Below are positions 1 through 11,484 of a stretch of DNA of 33,009 nt, in pieces. The stretch spans positions 1-33,009 of the forward strand of contig JAUCBJ010005020.1 in assembly GCA_032718475.1 (NCBI GenBank), in the 5' to 3' direction. The position numbers and the translations under genes are program-made. The DNA comes from Nemertoderma westbladi (Eukaryota; Animalia; Xenacoelomorpha). The stretch's first letter is position 1. Each line of letters starts with the position of its first letter. Below the pieces are notes generated by a model that was given only the letters and a program-made list of their open reading frames with translations, was not told where the DNA came from and did not search any database.

Positions 1-500
1 TGCAAAGTACTTTGCAGTGTTCTGATACTCGTGCCCTTATCGTCCGTGTAACAAAATACTCGGATCATCACACTGTAAAGTGCTACTTTACAAACAAGTA
101 TGTAATTAGTTAATCCTGTAAGCTGGAGACAGGGGGGAAACAAGACACAAAACCCGCCTTGGCGAATTAATATCCCGCCTCAATGATAAATTCTCAATTT
201 AGGGAAAGGAGCAGGTTACAGTGGCACGTTATTTTAACCAAAACAATAAACTAAGCACAATAGAGCAGGTTACAGTTTTATTTTTGAGAATAATCAGCGT
301 TATTTACGTCGAATTTCCCCTGGTGAGGGATGAATTTTTATTGCGTACAGACCCCCCCCCCCCCCCCCCCCCCCATCTGGTCAGCTGATAGCTCTACCCC
401 GTGAATCCTATGGGAAGATCTACCAAGAAGGTTACTCACTCTGCTATGTTAGGCAGAAGGCCAGCTGATTCAATTTTAGTTATGTTAATCAACATTAATA

Positions 501-904
501 CTGTGGAGATGCGACTTTGGCATTATCAGATTACTCTGGAGTCCCGAATAGACGGGGCGACACAGCTTATTAATTTTTGAAAAAAATCCACCCACAATTC
601 TCTTATCCCAGACACCCCGACTACAGTATCATTTTTTCTAAAAAGTTTAGTAAAATTTTTATTATGAGTAAATAAACGTTTGTTCTCATAATAATTGAGA
701 GTTGAAAGTGAAAGAAAACAAAAACCGTGTACCGAGTATACCACCTGTAGCTGTAAGTACTACTCTACCTGTATAACTGTGTCAAAAATTTTCACCCACC
801 ACGTTTATTCCAGCCACCCCGACTATTAGCATAATGAAATTTTCCCACCCACCCTGTTTATTCCAGCCACTCTGTGGAGAGGCGACTTTAGCATTATCAG
901 ATTA
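501..904. repeat. 33-bp direct repeats flanking a MITE-like fragment
   Basis: ctgtggagatgcgactttggcattatcagatta (501-533) recurs at 872-904 with 2 mismatches. The interval carries repeated ttattccagccac / ccccgacta motifs. Confidence 0.7.
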
Positions 905-1880
905 TATCAGAAGATAAACAACTGATTTACAGTAATTACTATTGTTATCTGTGACAAAATGGAATAGAGTGTCAAACATTTTAATACCTCGGCCTTCTGG
1001 TACTGGAAGGCAGCTAACAGTGTGAGGTGACAACAGTTATGGTTTACTGCGAATAGCATGCTAGCTGAATGATTTTTTAGTTAGTGAATGTACCAGTCAG
1101 TGTATGAATGGGCCAATTTGGCAACTTTGAGTAGTAGTAGTGTAGTATAGTAGTAGTACTTTCGAGCTATTATATTAGTAGAATAGGATAACAATGTGTT
1201 TAAATGCAAGCTTTGTTACTATTGTATTAATTACTGATTAGCCGCTTTGTGTTAACTACTAATTTGAATGAACTAACTTTAGCTTATAAGTTTAACTTTT
1301 AAGTTTAACTATACCAGAAATTTAGTATTTTATTATTTTAAAAGTTACTGTTCTGAAATTTTTACACAATGATTTGTGACCTTTTACGATGGAAAACATT
1401 TTTTTGTATGTAAAATATCAATATAAAGTATCATCTTCCTGCATCCTGGGTTGTAGTTCTCGGTCTGAAAGTTTGGAATGTTTTTTATTCACAATACTCA
1501 CTGTGTAAGCCTGTTAAACATTTTGGTAGGCATATATGTTTGATGGGAATTGAGTGAAAAATTGTGATATTTTAGGAAATTTAGTCATGAAAAATTTCAA
1601 AATCGTGAAACTAAGAAATATTGTTGAAAGGCGAGCCTTCGAATTTTGTAGATTTTCGAAAATCTGGGAAATACTCCCCTTACCATATTAATATTATTAA
1701 CTTATTTCAAAGTCCCAGGAATTAATCCTTTATTCATTGTATGTAGAGAGATGAGCTTCCGATTCCTTATTCCGTTTGTCTGATAATCAGATACCTGCCA
1801 TATACCGATACTTGCCTAACATCTCAAGCCCTGCCCTACCGTACCTGAACTGAAAAATCTTTGTTATCATAGGACTGATA

Positions 1881-2067
1881 CGGGTAGCACCTACGCGAAG
1901 TGCTACGCGTATTTCCAAAATACGTACGCGTATTTGTTAAAATGGCAGTAATTCTGGCAGTAAATGACAGGAATGGAAGTTAAAAACGACGCGTAGCTAC
2001 GCGTAGTTCGAAAAGATTTACCCCGGGTTTTGTTGCGTTTGCGTATAGACCGTATAGTCCTACCCTG
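1881..2067. mobile_element. Short degenerate MITE
   Basis: Imperfect TIR (cgggtagcacctacg versus cgtatagtcctaccctg), TA on both flanks, internal tacgcgta repeats. Confidence 0.45.
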
Positions 2068-3212
2068 TAATATAGGTATTTAGATAGATATATTTATTTA
2101 TATATTATGCAAACAATAGAAACCAATACATTAACTCGATGCAATTATTAATGTAGCCTATAGTAAGTATTCTCCAACATAACATAAATAACCCCTAAAG
2201 CTTTGCCGCTTATTTCCAAGGGGGTCCGGTAATACCGGTACTGTAATAATTGCTGAACTGTATAGCGGCCTAGCAGTGTAGGGCAAGGGCAGTAGGGCTC
2301 GTATGTAGGTTATAGCTGTCGGGCTGTATGTGTGTAGGCCTATCCCTGTATCCTGCCCTGCCTATAGCAGTATAGGTAGCCTAAGGAACACTGAACAGAC
2401 GAACGTCGGAAGCTTCCGCGCTACCGGTAATCAGGTAATTATTCGGTTTGGTACCGGTACCACATTTTTCCGAATATGGCATATTCGGTTCCGCATTCCG
2501 GCCGCATTTTAAAATTTCAGAATTTGAGTTACCAAATATGCCTATTTGGCACAAATGACTAGGCCTACAGCCAGAGTGCCAGACTGCCAGACATCATACA
2601 GCAGTACAGGCACAGGCTGACAGGCAGACAGGACTACGGCAGTACGGTCTGACACTGACACCCTGACGGTAGAAGCAACATCCGACATCGGAACGTGCAG
2701 ACATGAGACATGCTGACATCAGACATGGCAGCATGACAACATGACTGAAACGTAAGAAATTTAATGCAGTAGGCCTACCTAATACAGTAGGCGTACAGTA
2801 ATAGACTGATATATATATGGCTGTATGGAATCTGATGTATTACGTACCGGCAGACCGGTCAGCTGGTTCTGGCTGACTGGTAGGTAGGCCTACCAGGTAC
2901 GGCTGTACCAGTGTACAGTCTGACAGTACTGAGTACCGGTTGCCTGCCGGTCTATATGGAATACTGACAAAAAGCGCGCCACACGTTCAGACGTTACACG
3001 CGTTCTGGTTAAACGAAAATCGCGCCAGCCATCATATCCAATGCGCGCCAAGCCAACCAGCCAACAATTGACTATGAAACTTTGCAGTAATTGCTGAATT
3101 GTAATAATTTATCTGTTTATAATGCTGTAGGCCTATACTGGTATAGCCTTCTGGTCTTACAGTATTTTAACATTAAAATGCGAGCGTAGCGAGCAAGGAA
3201 ATTTTCCAATTA

Positions 3213-5046
3213 CAGTTAGGTACAATGGCCAAATCTGGCAATGATTGTGATTGCCATATTTGGCAACCAAGCAAAATCTGGCAACATTTCTGATTGCCTG
3301 ATTTGGCAACTATATAAAGCCGTTGTTGCCATATTTGGCAACTTAACTAACTCATTGAATATGGCTGTATGGCTTATATGGCTGTATGGGATATGGTTAT
3401 GCGTCATTAAGTCCTTCTATGGCAGTATGGTCATTCCTTAGATCCTGAAATGTTAATGTTAGGCCTAGAAAAAAGGGATAGGGCCAGGTTACAGGTTATA
3501 CTTATACCGGTATTGGCATATTCTAAGTTCTAACCAATACAGCAATATATCCTAATTAATGAGGTGAGAAGAGAATGAGAGTCAATAACACAAACACAGA
3601 CTGACTGGTGATAGTTTATTTTTGCTAGTAATCTCTGGCGCTGCTTGGGGAGGTGGTTGATTGTTGTTTGTACCAATAATACAGTCAGGAACACTGGTCA
3701 CAATATGTCCAATTTACAGCCAGAATGTGTCCGCGGAAAACGCTCTCAGAGTGAAATTTCTCCATAGAAAACAATGCTAAATTTCATTTGAAAACCGGCA
3801 GTGAAATTTTAACATTGGCATTCTAAAAATTATGCCATTAGAATCGCCATAAAATTCTGTATAAATTAATTTGAGAATTAGAATCTCATCGTTGGGATAA
3901 CTATCATAATATTAAAAATGAAAATGTGCCCAGCTTCTGCTTTGAGTACTATTGGAGTTACAGCCAAAATATGTCCGGAAATATAATCGCAGCCTGTGAA
4001 GGACAAATAGTGGCTGCGCGGACACTTTCTGGCTGTAAATATGTGGACAATTTTTGGCTGAGCTTCAGCCAGAAAGTGACCAGTGTTCCTAACTGTAATA
4101 GTTTAGTAGTTAAAGATTATAACTGTGTAATGCTGATACAATTGCCCAGCAATCTAAATCATCCTTCACTCTTATATCAGTTCAGTATATCTATCTTTCC
4201 ATTCCTACATCAGTACATAACATAACATACAAACATATAATGAAAATAATTTCATCCCGTTTTTCATTAGGGCATACTAGAAACAATTTGGTTGAATCCC
4301 TTAACAAGCGTTTTGGTTTTCTCAGTCTTTCTAAATTTTGACACTATTTTTCTTCTGTCACGCCGTTTCTCAAACCCGTTTCTCAATGCCCCCTTGCCTT
4401 CTTGCTTCCTTTTGGTGATGTTCACGTTCTGACGTTGTCAAATATTATTACGTTTATTTCCACTTCAGCCTTTGAAGCATGTGATTCTTTAGTTTTGTGT
4501 ATGCCTATCTGCCTATACCATATACCAGTCTACCAGTACGGTATCTGTTACAGACTCATCCATCTTTCCATTAACATATTAACAACATATCAAACAGTCA
4601 AATACATTCCAGCATTCTGACATTTCATCAACTAATGTTTTGTTTATAAATCATCACAACTCGACAAGGGTAAGCAAGCAGTAAGCAATTTTGAAGTAAT
4701 TTACAATGACAGAGTTACTGACAGGGCTGCACAATGATAATTGTTGCCAAAAATGGCAACCATTATTTTTCTTTAATTCTAATGGTTGCCAAAAATGGCA
4801 ATAATTATTTTGGGCACATTTCGGCCTATTGCTAAGAGAAATTCAGACGATCATTTTTTTTTCTTATACGGTGAATTATATTTAAATTTCGCGCTCTTTT
4901 CACTTAGGCCTACCTATTTACCAAAATGCGATTTTGCTTCTGGGCGTGCGAAAATTAGAAAAACCAAAAGTTGCCAGATTTGGCAATAAACATTGCCATA
5001 TGTGGCAACTTTTGAGGTTGCCAGATTTGGCCATTGTACCTAACTG
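3213..5046. mobile_element. Non-autonomous DNA transposon with CAGTTAGG termini and 5-bp TSD
   Basis: Perfect 29-bp TIR cagttaggtacaatggccaaatctggcaa / ttgccagatttggccattgtacctaactg. AATTA at 3208-3212 and 5047-5051. Many subterminal ttgccannnntggcaa palindromes at both ends. Confidence 0.92.
3682..4095. mobile_element. MITE nested in the 3213-5046 element, CAGTYAGG termini, 5-bp TSD
   Basis: 20-bp TIR cagtcaggaacactggtcac / gtgaccagtgttcctaactg (1 mismatch). Second inverted repeat 3712-3735 versus 4017-4040. TAATA at 3677-3681 and 4096-4100. Confidence 0.9.
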
Positions 5047-6642
5047 AATTATGTTAACATAAACAGATAAATACAGTCTGACAGTAACAGAGTAATAGTT
5101 AGATAGTACTGTAGTAGGCCTATAGTAGTAGTAGTCAGGTAGTAGTAGTAGGTTAACGTCAACTGACTGTTTTTAAATGAAGATGTGATCAAGATGCGAG
5201 CACGAAAATTTTAACATTTCAGCATTTAAAGTAGGCAAACCGACTGTTTTCAAATACAGATATCATTAAATCTGTAAATTGCGAGCGTAGCGAGCACGGA
5301 AATTCTGCTGAATTCTGTCCGTTACCATTTGTCCACAGCCAGACACAGTAAGAGTAGGATTACAGTAGGCCTACCGGTTTATAGTACAAACGCGAGCGAA
5401 GCGAGCGGACATTTTTCAATCTTTTTAAACCCAGAAACCTATGGAATAATTTCAAATAGAGCTGTAGACTGGTAGAGTGGGATGTGTTGCCAGTACACAG
5501 CTACGCTACCCTACCCTTACCCTACCCTACCCTACTGCCCTAACCCTACCTGCCTACGCCTACATCCATATTCGCGCCAGGACCGCCAGGATCCTCAATG
5601 CGCGCCACACGCCCCTGTCACTTCACTACGCGCCGGGATCCTTAATCCGCGCCACACATGTTGACAGGTCTTGAGCGGTTGAGCAAACTCTATATAAATT
5701 CCAACCTGGGTTGCCGTTGCCGGTACCCTCACCCTATCCTGCTATCTGCCTATGCAAATTTCCAATTGAATTGGCAGATTGGGGGTGTCGTTTCAGCCTT
5801 ATCACAGGGTTAACCTTCCTACAGTCCTATGCCAGTATGCTGCTATGTACTATGTACATCTGGCAGCCTGGGGTCAAATACGACCCCCACTGCTGCACTG
5901 CCCACCCCAGTGACCTAAATCTCTAATTTTTTCTTCAATAGATGAAAGTGCAGAAGTGGGGGTTTTGAACTTAACAGTGACAGTACAGCAGGAGGCCTAC
6001 CTCCCTAGCACATGCTGACATGTAATTCTATGAAATACCATGAATATTTGTTTTGTTTAGCTACGGTCTTTGACTGTTTGATATAAAAATACACACCTCT
6101 TTTTGAGGAACACATGCTTGACCATGACCATTGCTGTGACATTGGCACGTTATTTTTAATTTAATTTTATTTTATTTATCTTGTTTGTAGGCTTATCATT
6201 CAATATTTATTTATTATTTTACTTAGCCAGTCAGGGAGATCATCAAATTTGAGAATACCTCAAATTTCAAATTATAGACCCAATTTTGGAATTACCTCAA
6301 TTTTAATACAAGGTTAGGTTAATTCTCTAAATTTGAGTTATACCTCAAATTTGAATTTCATAGCAGCATAGTCAGATACAGACAGAAGTCATAGTTGCCC
6401 TAGTTCAGTAGTTGTTAGCTTGTTACTGTATTGCAAAGGTAAAAAAATAAACTGATGTAGGCCTACTGGCCTAGGGTAGTGTCTGAGTGTTGTGAAATAT
6501 AATATTTAAAATTAAAACATATTCAGTATTAGTTTAAAAAGGCTTATACTTAAAAAGGCTACTGGTAGGGGTGCAGTGGGGTGGCTGATCAGATGGTAGA
6601 CATATAAAACGAAGTACAGAGCTTAAAGAACTTATATTTTTA

Positions 6643-7272
6643 TATTGTTACTTTTTTGCTTGAATATGCCCTAAAATCGGGAGAAAAAGTAGTAGGCCTA
6701 CTTTTTTCCCCACTAGTAGGGAAAAAGTTGTCCCCGTAATATCTGAATATTGTAACTTTTTGTTGGGCACAGCTTTTGCAAAGTCGGCAACACAGCAACC
6801 TGCAATAATATTGAATAATATTGCCACATAATAATGCACCATAGAGCCATAATTTTGCATTGATTTTACTTTTTCTCCCGGTAAAAAAAGTAAAATAAAA
6901 CATTGGCACTTGTGTCAAATAGGGCTGTAGGAGACCCTCCTAGCTCCTATTCTGCTAATCCTGAAATCACCAAAACTAAAGTCACTTTCACTAGTGTCCG
7001 GTTACAGGGTTAGCAAAGGAGCAGGTTACAGAGGTGAGTTGAAAGTAACCAAAAAACAATAAACAAGAGTTAGGAATATTGATATCACCTGCACTAAATT
7101 TCAGCATTAGCTGGTGATTTCAGGATTAGCAGATTAGGAGGGTCACCTATTTGATTTGACACAAGTGCCAAAATATTTTTGGTGGAATTTCTAAAATTTC
7201 ATTGAAAGTGTTGATCAAAATTTTTGATCGAAATGTATATGTACAATCATTTCGTAAAGTAAAAATTTTGGA
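6643..7272 (-). repeat. Dispersed repeat copy, homologous in inverted orientation to 20487-20740 and interrupted by a MITE
   Basis: The reverse complement matches collinear blocks at 20.5-20.7 kb: gaaattccacNaaaaatatttt, ccggga(g)aaaagtaa..tcaatgcaa, gggaaaaaagtagg..tttttctcc, agtaacaWtata. Confidence 0.7.
6905..7169. mobile_element. MITE with GGCAC termini and 8-bp TSD (Merlin- or MULE-like)
   Basis: 16-bp TIR ggcacttgtgtcaaat / atttgacacaagtgcc plus inner IR tctgctaatcctgaaatcacca / tggtgatttcaggattagcaga. Flanks aaaacatt / aaaatatt (7 of 8). Confidence 0.8.
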
Positions 7273-9597
7273 ATAAAAAGCAAAATCCATCCCTACACAC
7301 TATCGACTATTGCAATGCAACTTTCACTTTAGTGCCTGCAAGGTTTACTCCAGAAATGAGATAAAGCCTCGAGAATAGGTTGGTAAAAAAGGTTATACTT
7401 TTTGCCCAAGTTATAAATGATTCTGGTTCATCATAAGGTCAATTTATAAGGATTTATGTATGTATAGTAGGCCTATAAACAAACAGTCACTTAGATTTCT
7501 AAAACATTTCAGATGTCTTGATAAGAAAGCAGAGTCTAAAGACTGTTTAAAAGACTAGCGATTAGTGATGAGATGATGATGTTTCTACTGTGTTCCAGGT
7601 CCAGCATGTTCCATATGTTAATGACCCTGATAAAGAAGAGGTGATGTATGGAAAAAGCAGACCCAGACATGGCAGCATGGGCAGATAGGCGGGGCTTGGC
7701 CTTTGCTTCATAATTTTATATATATGGCCAGGTCATGATTGCATTGGATGTCTGGCTGGGATATTATGTTGCACATTGTTGTAATGGAGGATCAGGTTTA
7801 GATCTTTACATATAAGAACTTTAATTGATGTATTATTGTATACTGCAGTAGGTGGTGGTTCCAACTTTAGAGTCTCCAGTTGCCACTCATATAGAATAAC
7901 TAACAAAAGAATCAAGTCCACATATATTGTATAAACCACGTCAACCTGTCAACCTTTGCGGCAACATTTGTCTGGGCTCCAAACTGATGGTACAGTATTA
8001 CAATTGACAGATAGAGCTAGGACAGGCGAATATTACATAAGTCTTCAGGCTATTAGGAGAGGAATGGCTTCATTTGATATACAAAGTGTTAAAGAGGACA
8101 TCAACAACCAGAAAACATATTTTTTTCCGAAGATGTGTGATATGAATGATGAACAGAACAGATGAATGCCAGAATATGTAAACTTCCAAATTCTGGAATT
8201 GATTCAACATCCACAAGATATAGTAGGTCTTCCTGAGTCTGTGACTGTGCAGCTGTGTGAGCTTGAATCTCGCAACAGTGAGTAGGCCTATTATATTTCG
8301 TGCATATTCTAATCTGAACAATTATTTACACTATAAGTAGGCCTAGTACTTTAGTACAGCTTCAATCTGTCAATATCAAGCATAATACTGCAGTATTTAC
8401 TTAAAGTCAATGACTGACTGACTGTACTGGAGTACTGGCAGACTGGTACTGGCCAGCTGGCGGGTGCTGGTCACCTCGCCGCACTGTCACTTCGCCGCAG
8501 GTCACCTCGCCGCATATAATGTGCGGCGAGGTGTCTTTGCGGCGAGATGTCTCACTGTGAATGCCATTTCGCCGCAAATTATCGGACACCTCGCCGCAAG
8601 TCAATATTAATCATTTATTTATATATTTACAGGGAAGCCTACTAAGCCTAGTTATGGCATTGGACATTATTATAAGAAGAAATAAAATAATGCGGTAAGG
8701 TTTGTTGTTCTATTATAATTACTGTATTATTATAGATATACATACAGTGAGAGTATTTGAGTAACGTATTAGATTATAGTAAAACAGTCCTAATCGTATG
8801 TTTGTCAAAAATGTTGATCAGTTGTTTAAAACAAGTGTGACGTTATGAACGTTAAAAAATTTATATTTAAAATTGTAATGTATGCTTGCAGTATATTTCA
8901 CTAGTTCAAATTTGGAATAAAACATTTCATTGCGAAATGTATCTATCTAATAACTATTTACGTACATGTACAATGCGTACATGTAATTTTAGTAATGCAG
9001 TAACTAAGAACGGAAACTGAACTGAAGTAAAGTAACATAATGTAATAAGGTTAATACTGTATGTTTATGTTAACTGATCACAGTCCTTAATTGCAACTCT
9101 AAGGGTCTGTTCACATATTACTATGGGGAGGGAAGGGTTCGGGAATACATGTTACGTTTGCAGAGGGTCTGGGGTGGGGGGGGGGGGGGGGATTAACCAT
9201 TTGGGTGCTTTCAATATACGACGAGGTTTGCAGTTTGCAGTTTAAATTTATGATTTGCAATTTTTTTATTTTATTTTAAATTGTCATATATGGGGGGGGG
9301 GGGGGGGGGTGTCCTATAGTTCATAACTGTTGCGTTGACTGCAGTACAGTATATTGCACTAGTTCAAATAAAATATTTTGTTGTAATACGTACCGTAACT
9401 TAAGTTTCGTTAATTTACATCGCCAAGTAATAGGGTTATGAAATAAAAGACCCGCATCATTAAATCTTTGCAGGTGTGGAATGGGGGGGGGGGGCTCCAA
9501 TATGCGTACTGTACACGAGATTTGCAGTTTAAAGTTTACATTTATGATTTGAATTCATAACTGTTGCGTTGACTGAGATAATACATTTCCATAATAC

Positions 9598-9768
9598 ATT
9601 AGCCCGTTGGTGTCGTATGACTGCCGACTGGCTTACAAGAGTCACCTGTAATGGGACCATCACCGCCTCTCGGTGGAGAAGCTCCAACAGTGTGTAGAAC
9701 GGGAGGTGGTCTCGTTCAGTTCGTGTATTCAATCTCCGATGCCACCCTTCAACATCGTTATTAGTTGT
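9598..9768 (-). pseudogene. MULE transposase C-terminal fragment
   Basis: TTNNDVEGWHRRLNTRTERDHLPFYTLLELLHREA matches the MULE TNNxxEGWHxxLN motif containing the catalytic E of the DDE triad. Upstream domains are absent. Confidence 0.85.
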
Positions 9769-10283
9769 TAGTTCAAATTTGGAATAAAACATTTCATTGC
9801 GAAATTTATCTCTCTAATACAGTAACTATTTACATCATTATGTACAAAGTAGCACTTTGCAGCGTTATGACCCGAGTTTATTTATGTACCGAGCGAGCGC
9901 AGCGAGGGATGTTTACACGTTCGGTATGTGAAGAAATGATTTTATGGATGCTCATTTATACATTTTCGTCGTATACATTCTGGTCCCGTCACTGCAAACT
10001 GGATAATAAAGCACCACGCATTAACATATGGAAATAATACATTCTGGAATACTGTAATTGAAGTTGTTTCCATGTCATTCATAACTTTGCAGCGTACCTC
10101 AGACCCACCTCAGACCCTCTGCAAACGTAACATTTATTTCCGAACCGTTCCCTCCCCATAGTAATATGTGAACAGACTCTTAGAGTTGCAATTAAGGACT
10201 GTAATCAGTTAACATAAACATATAGTGCGTCCTAATTAATAGAATCTATTGAAATGGCAATGTTCTAATAAATTACAAGTTTT

Positions 10284-10358
10284 AAGTTTGTCTCAAAAGG
10301 ACTTAACACTTACTGATTCGATAACGTCACTGGGAAATGAGTTCCATATTGGTACTAG
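10284..10358 (-). mobile_element. Tiny CR1/L2-type LINE ORF2 3' remnant inside the MULE
   Basis: Minus strand reads LVPIWNSFPSDVIESVSVKSF*DKL, resembling the WNxLPxxVxxxxSxxxFKxxL C-terminal motif. Confidence 0.55.
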
Positions 10359-11363
10359 GATTGTTAAAGGTCGCATCCCTTTTTGAACGTACAGTACCTT
10401 GCTTTATTTATTACTCTGTTGCGCCATCGGCGCTACAGAAATGGAATGCCATAGAACGCAACAGAATGTACAAGCCAATGGAATTAGAGTTGAATGAATA
10501 AACCAATCCTGGGTTGTTGCGCCAATGCTGCCCATTGGTTATAGAGCTGTTGCGCCGTTGCGCTTTTGCGTGTTTTCGGGGAAGCCTTTTAAACAACTGA
10601 TCAACATTTTTGACAAACATACGATTAGGACTGTTTTACTATAATCTAATACGTAACTCAAATACTCTCACTGTATGTATATCTATAATAATACAGTAAT
10701 TATAATAGAACAACAAACCTTACCGTATTATTTTATTTCTTCTTATAATAATGTCCAATGCCATAACTAGGCTTAGTAGGCTTCCCTGTAAATATATAAA
10801 TAAATGATTAATATTGACTTGCGGCGAGGTGTCCGATAATTTGCGGCGAAATGGCATTCACAGTGAGACATCTCGCCGCAAGACACCTCGCCGCACATTA
10901 TCTGCGGCGAGATGACTTGCGGCGAAGTGGCAGTGCGGCGAGGTGACCAGCACCCCCAGCTGGCTGACTAGCAATAGCAAACTATAACAGACTACTGTAA
11001 AAAATTGTAAATGCTATGATTGTACACTGTACCACTGCAGCCATTTACTGCTGCCATGCCAGCATAATGTACTGCAGTACTGGTGACTGGTACACGTACG
11101 GTACAGCGGTAGGCTACCTAGTACCTACAGTGCACACCTCTACCACAGTTAGTGAGTTAGGTACTGTAGGTGATTTTTAGCCGTCAGCTTCAGGCCGTCT
11201 GTCCGTGATAAATTAATTACTTAAATTTTAAATTGAAAATTCGTAAATCTATAAATTATGAAATTAATTAGACCTACAGTATGATTGATTATGAGCGATT
11301 GGCGAACGATAACCATACTTTATTTTTTTTAAATAAATAATTGAATTTTTAAAATTTTTGAAA

Positions 11364-11484
11364 AACTCCGGCTCCTGCTCCGGCTCTGGCCAAATTGTCC
11401 AACTCCGGCTCCTGCTCCGGCTCCGGCCAAATTGTCCAACTCCGGCTCCGGCTCCGGCCATATCCCAACTCCGATTGAGCCCTA
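11364..11484. mobile_element. One terminus of a hAT-like MITE with 37-bp subterminal tandem repeats
   Basis: aactccggctcctgctccggctcYggccaaattgtcc repeated ~2.6 times and ending ...ccgattgagcccta (reverse complement TAGGGCTCAATCGG, a hAT-like end). Partner end not found. Confidence 0.6.

Larger units (their letters stand above)
8462..10955. mobile_element. Non-autonomous Mutator-like element (MULE)
   Basis: ~370-bp nearly identical TIRs (8462-8831 and 10587-10955) beginning GGGTGCTGG with tcgccgca subrepeats. Perfect 9-bp TSD CCAGCTGGC (8453-8461, 10956-10964). Internal transposase remnant. Confidence 0.95.

Noticed and set aside
1-90. Imperfect hairpin at the window start
   Set aside because: Truncated by the window edge and degenerate; probably a palindromic repeat remnant whose boundaries cannot be defined.
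5477-5674. Overlapping ORFs with PYPTL and cgcgcca repeats
   Set aside because: Low-complexity ccctac repeats plus a TE subterminal remnant similar to 2975-3050.
8407-8604. ORF with TCGEV repeats
   Set aside because: It lies in the MULE TIR tcgccgca repeats.
11264-11461. RS-repeat ORF (GRSRSRSRSW) suggesting an SR protein
   Set aside because: It is the translation of ccggct subterminal repeats of a MITE end; no RRM.
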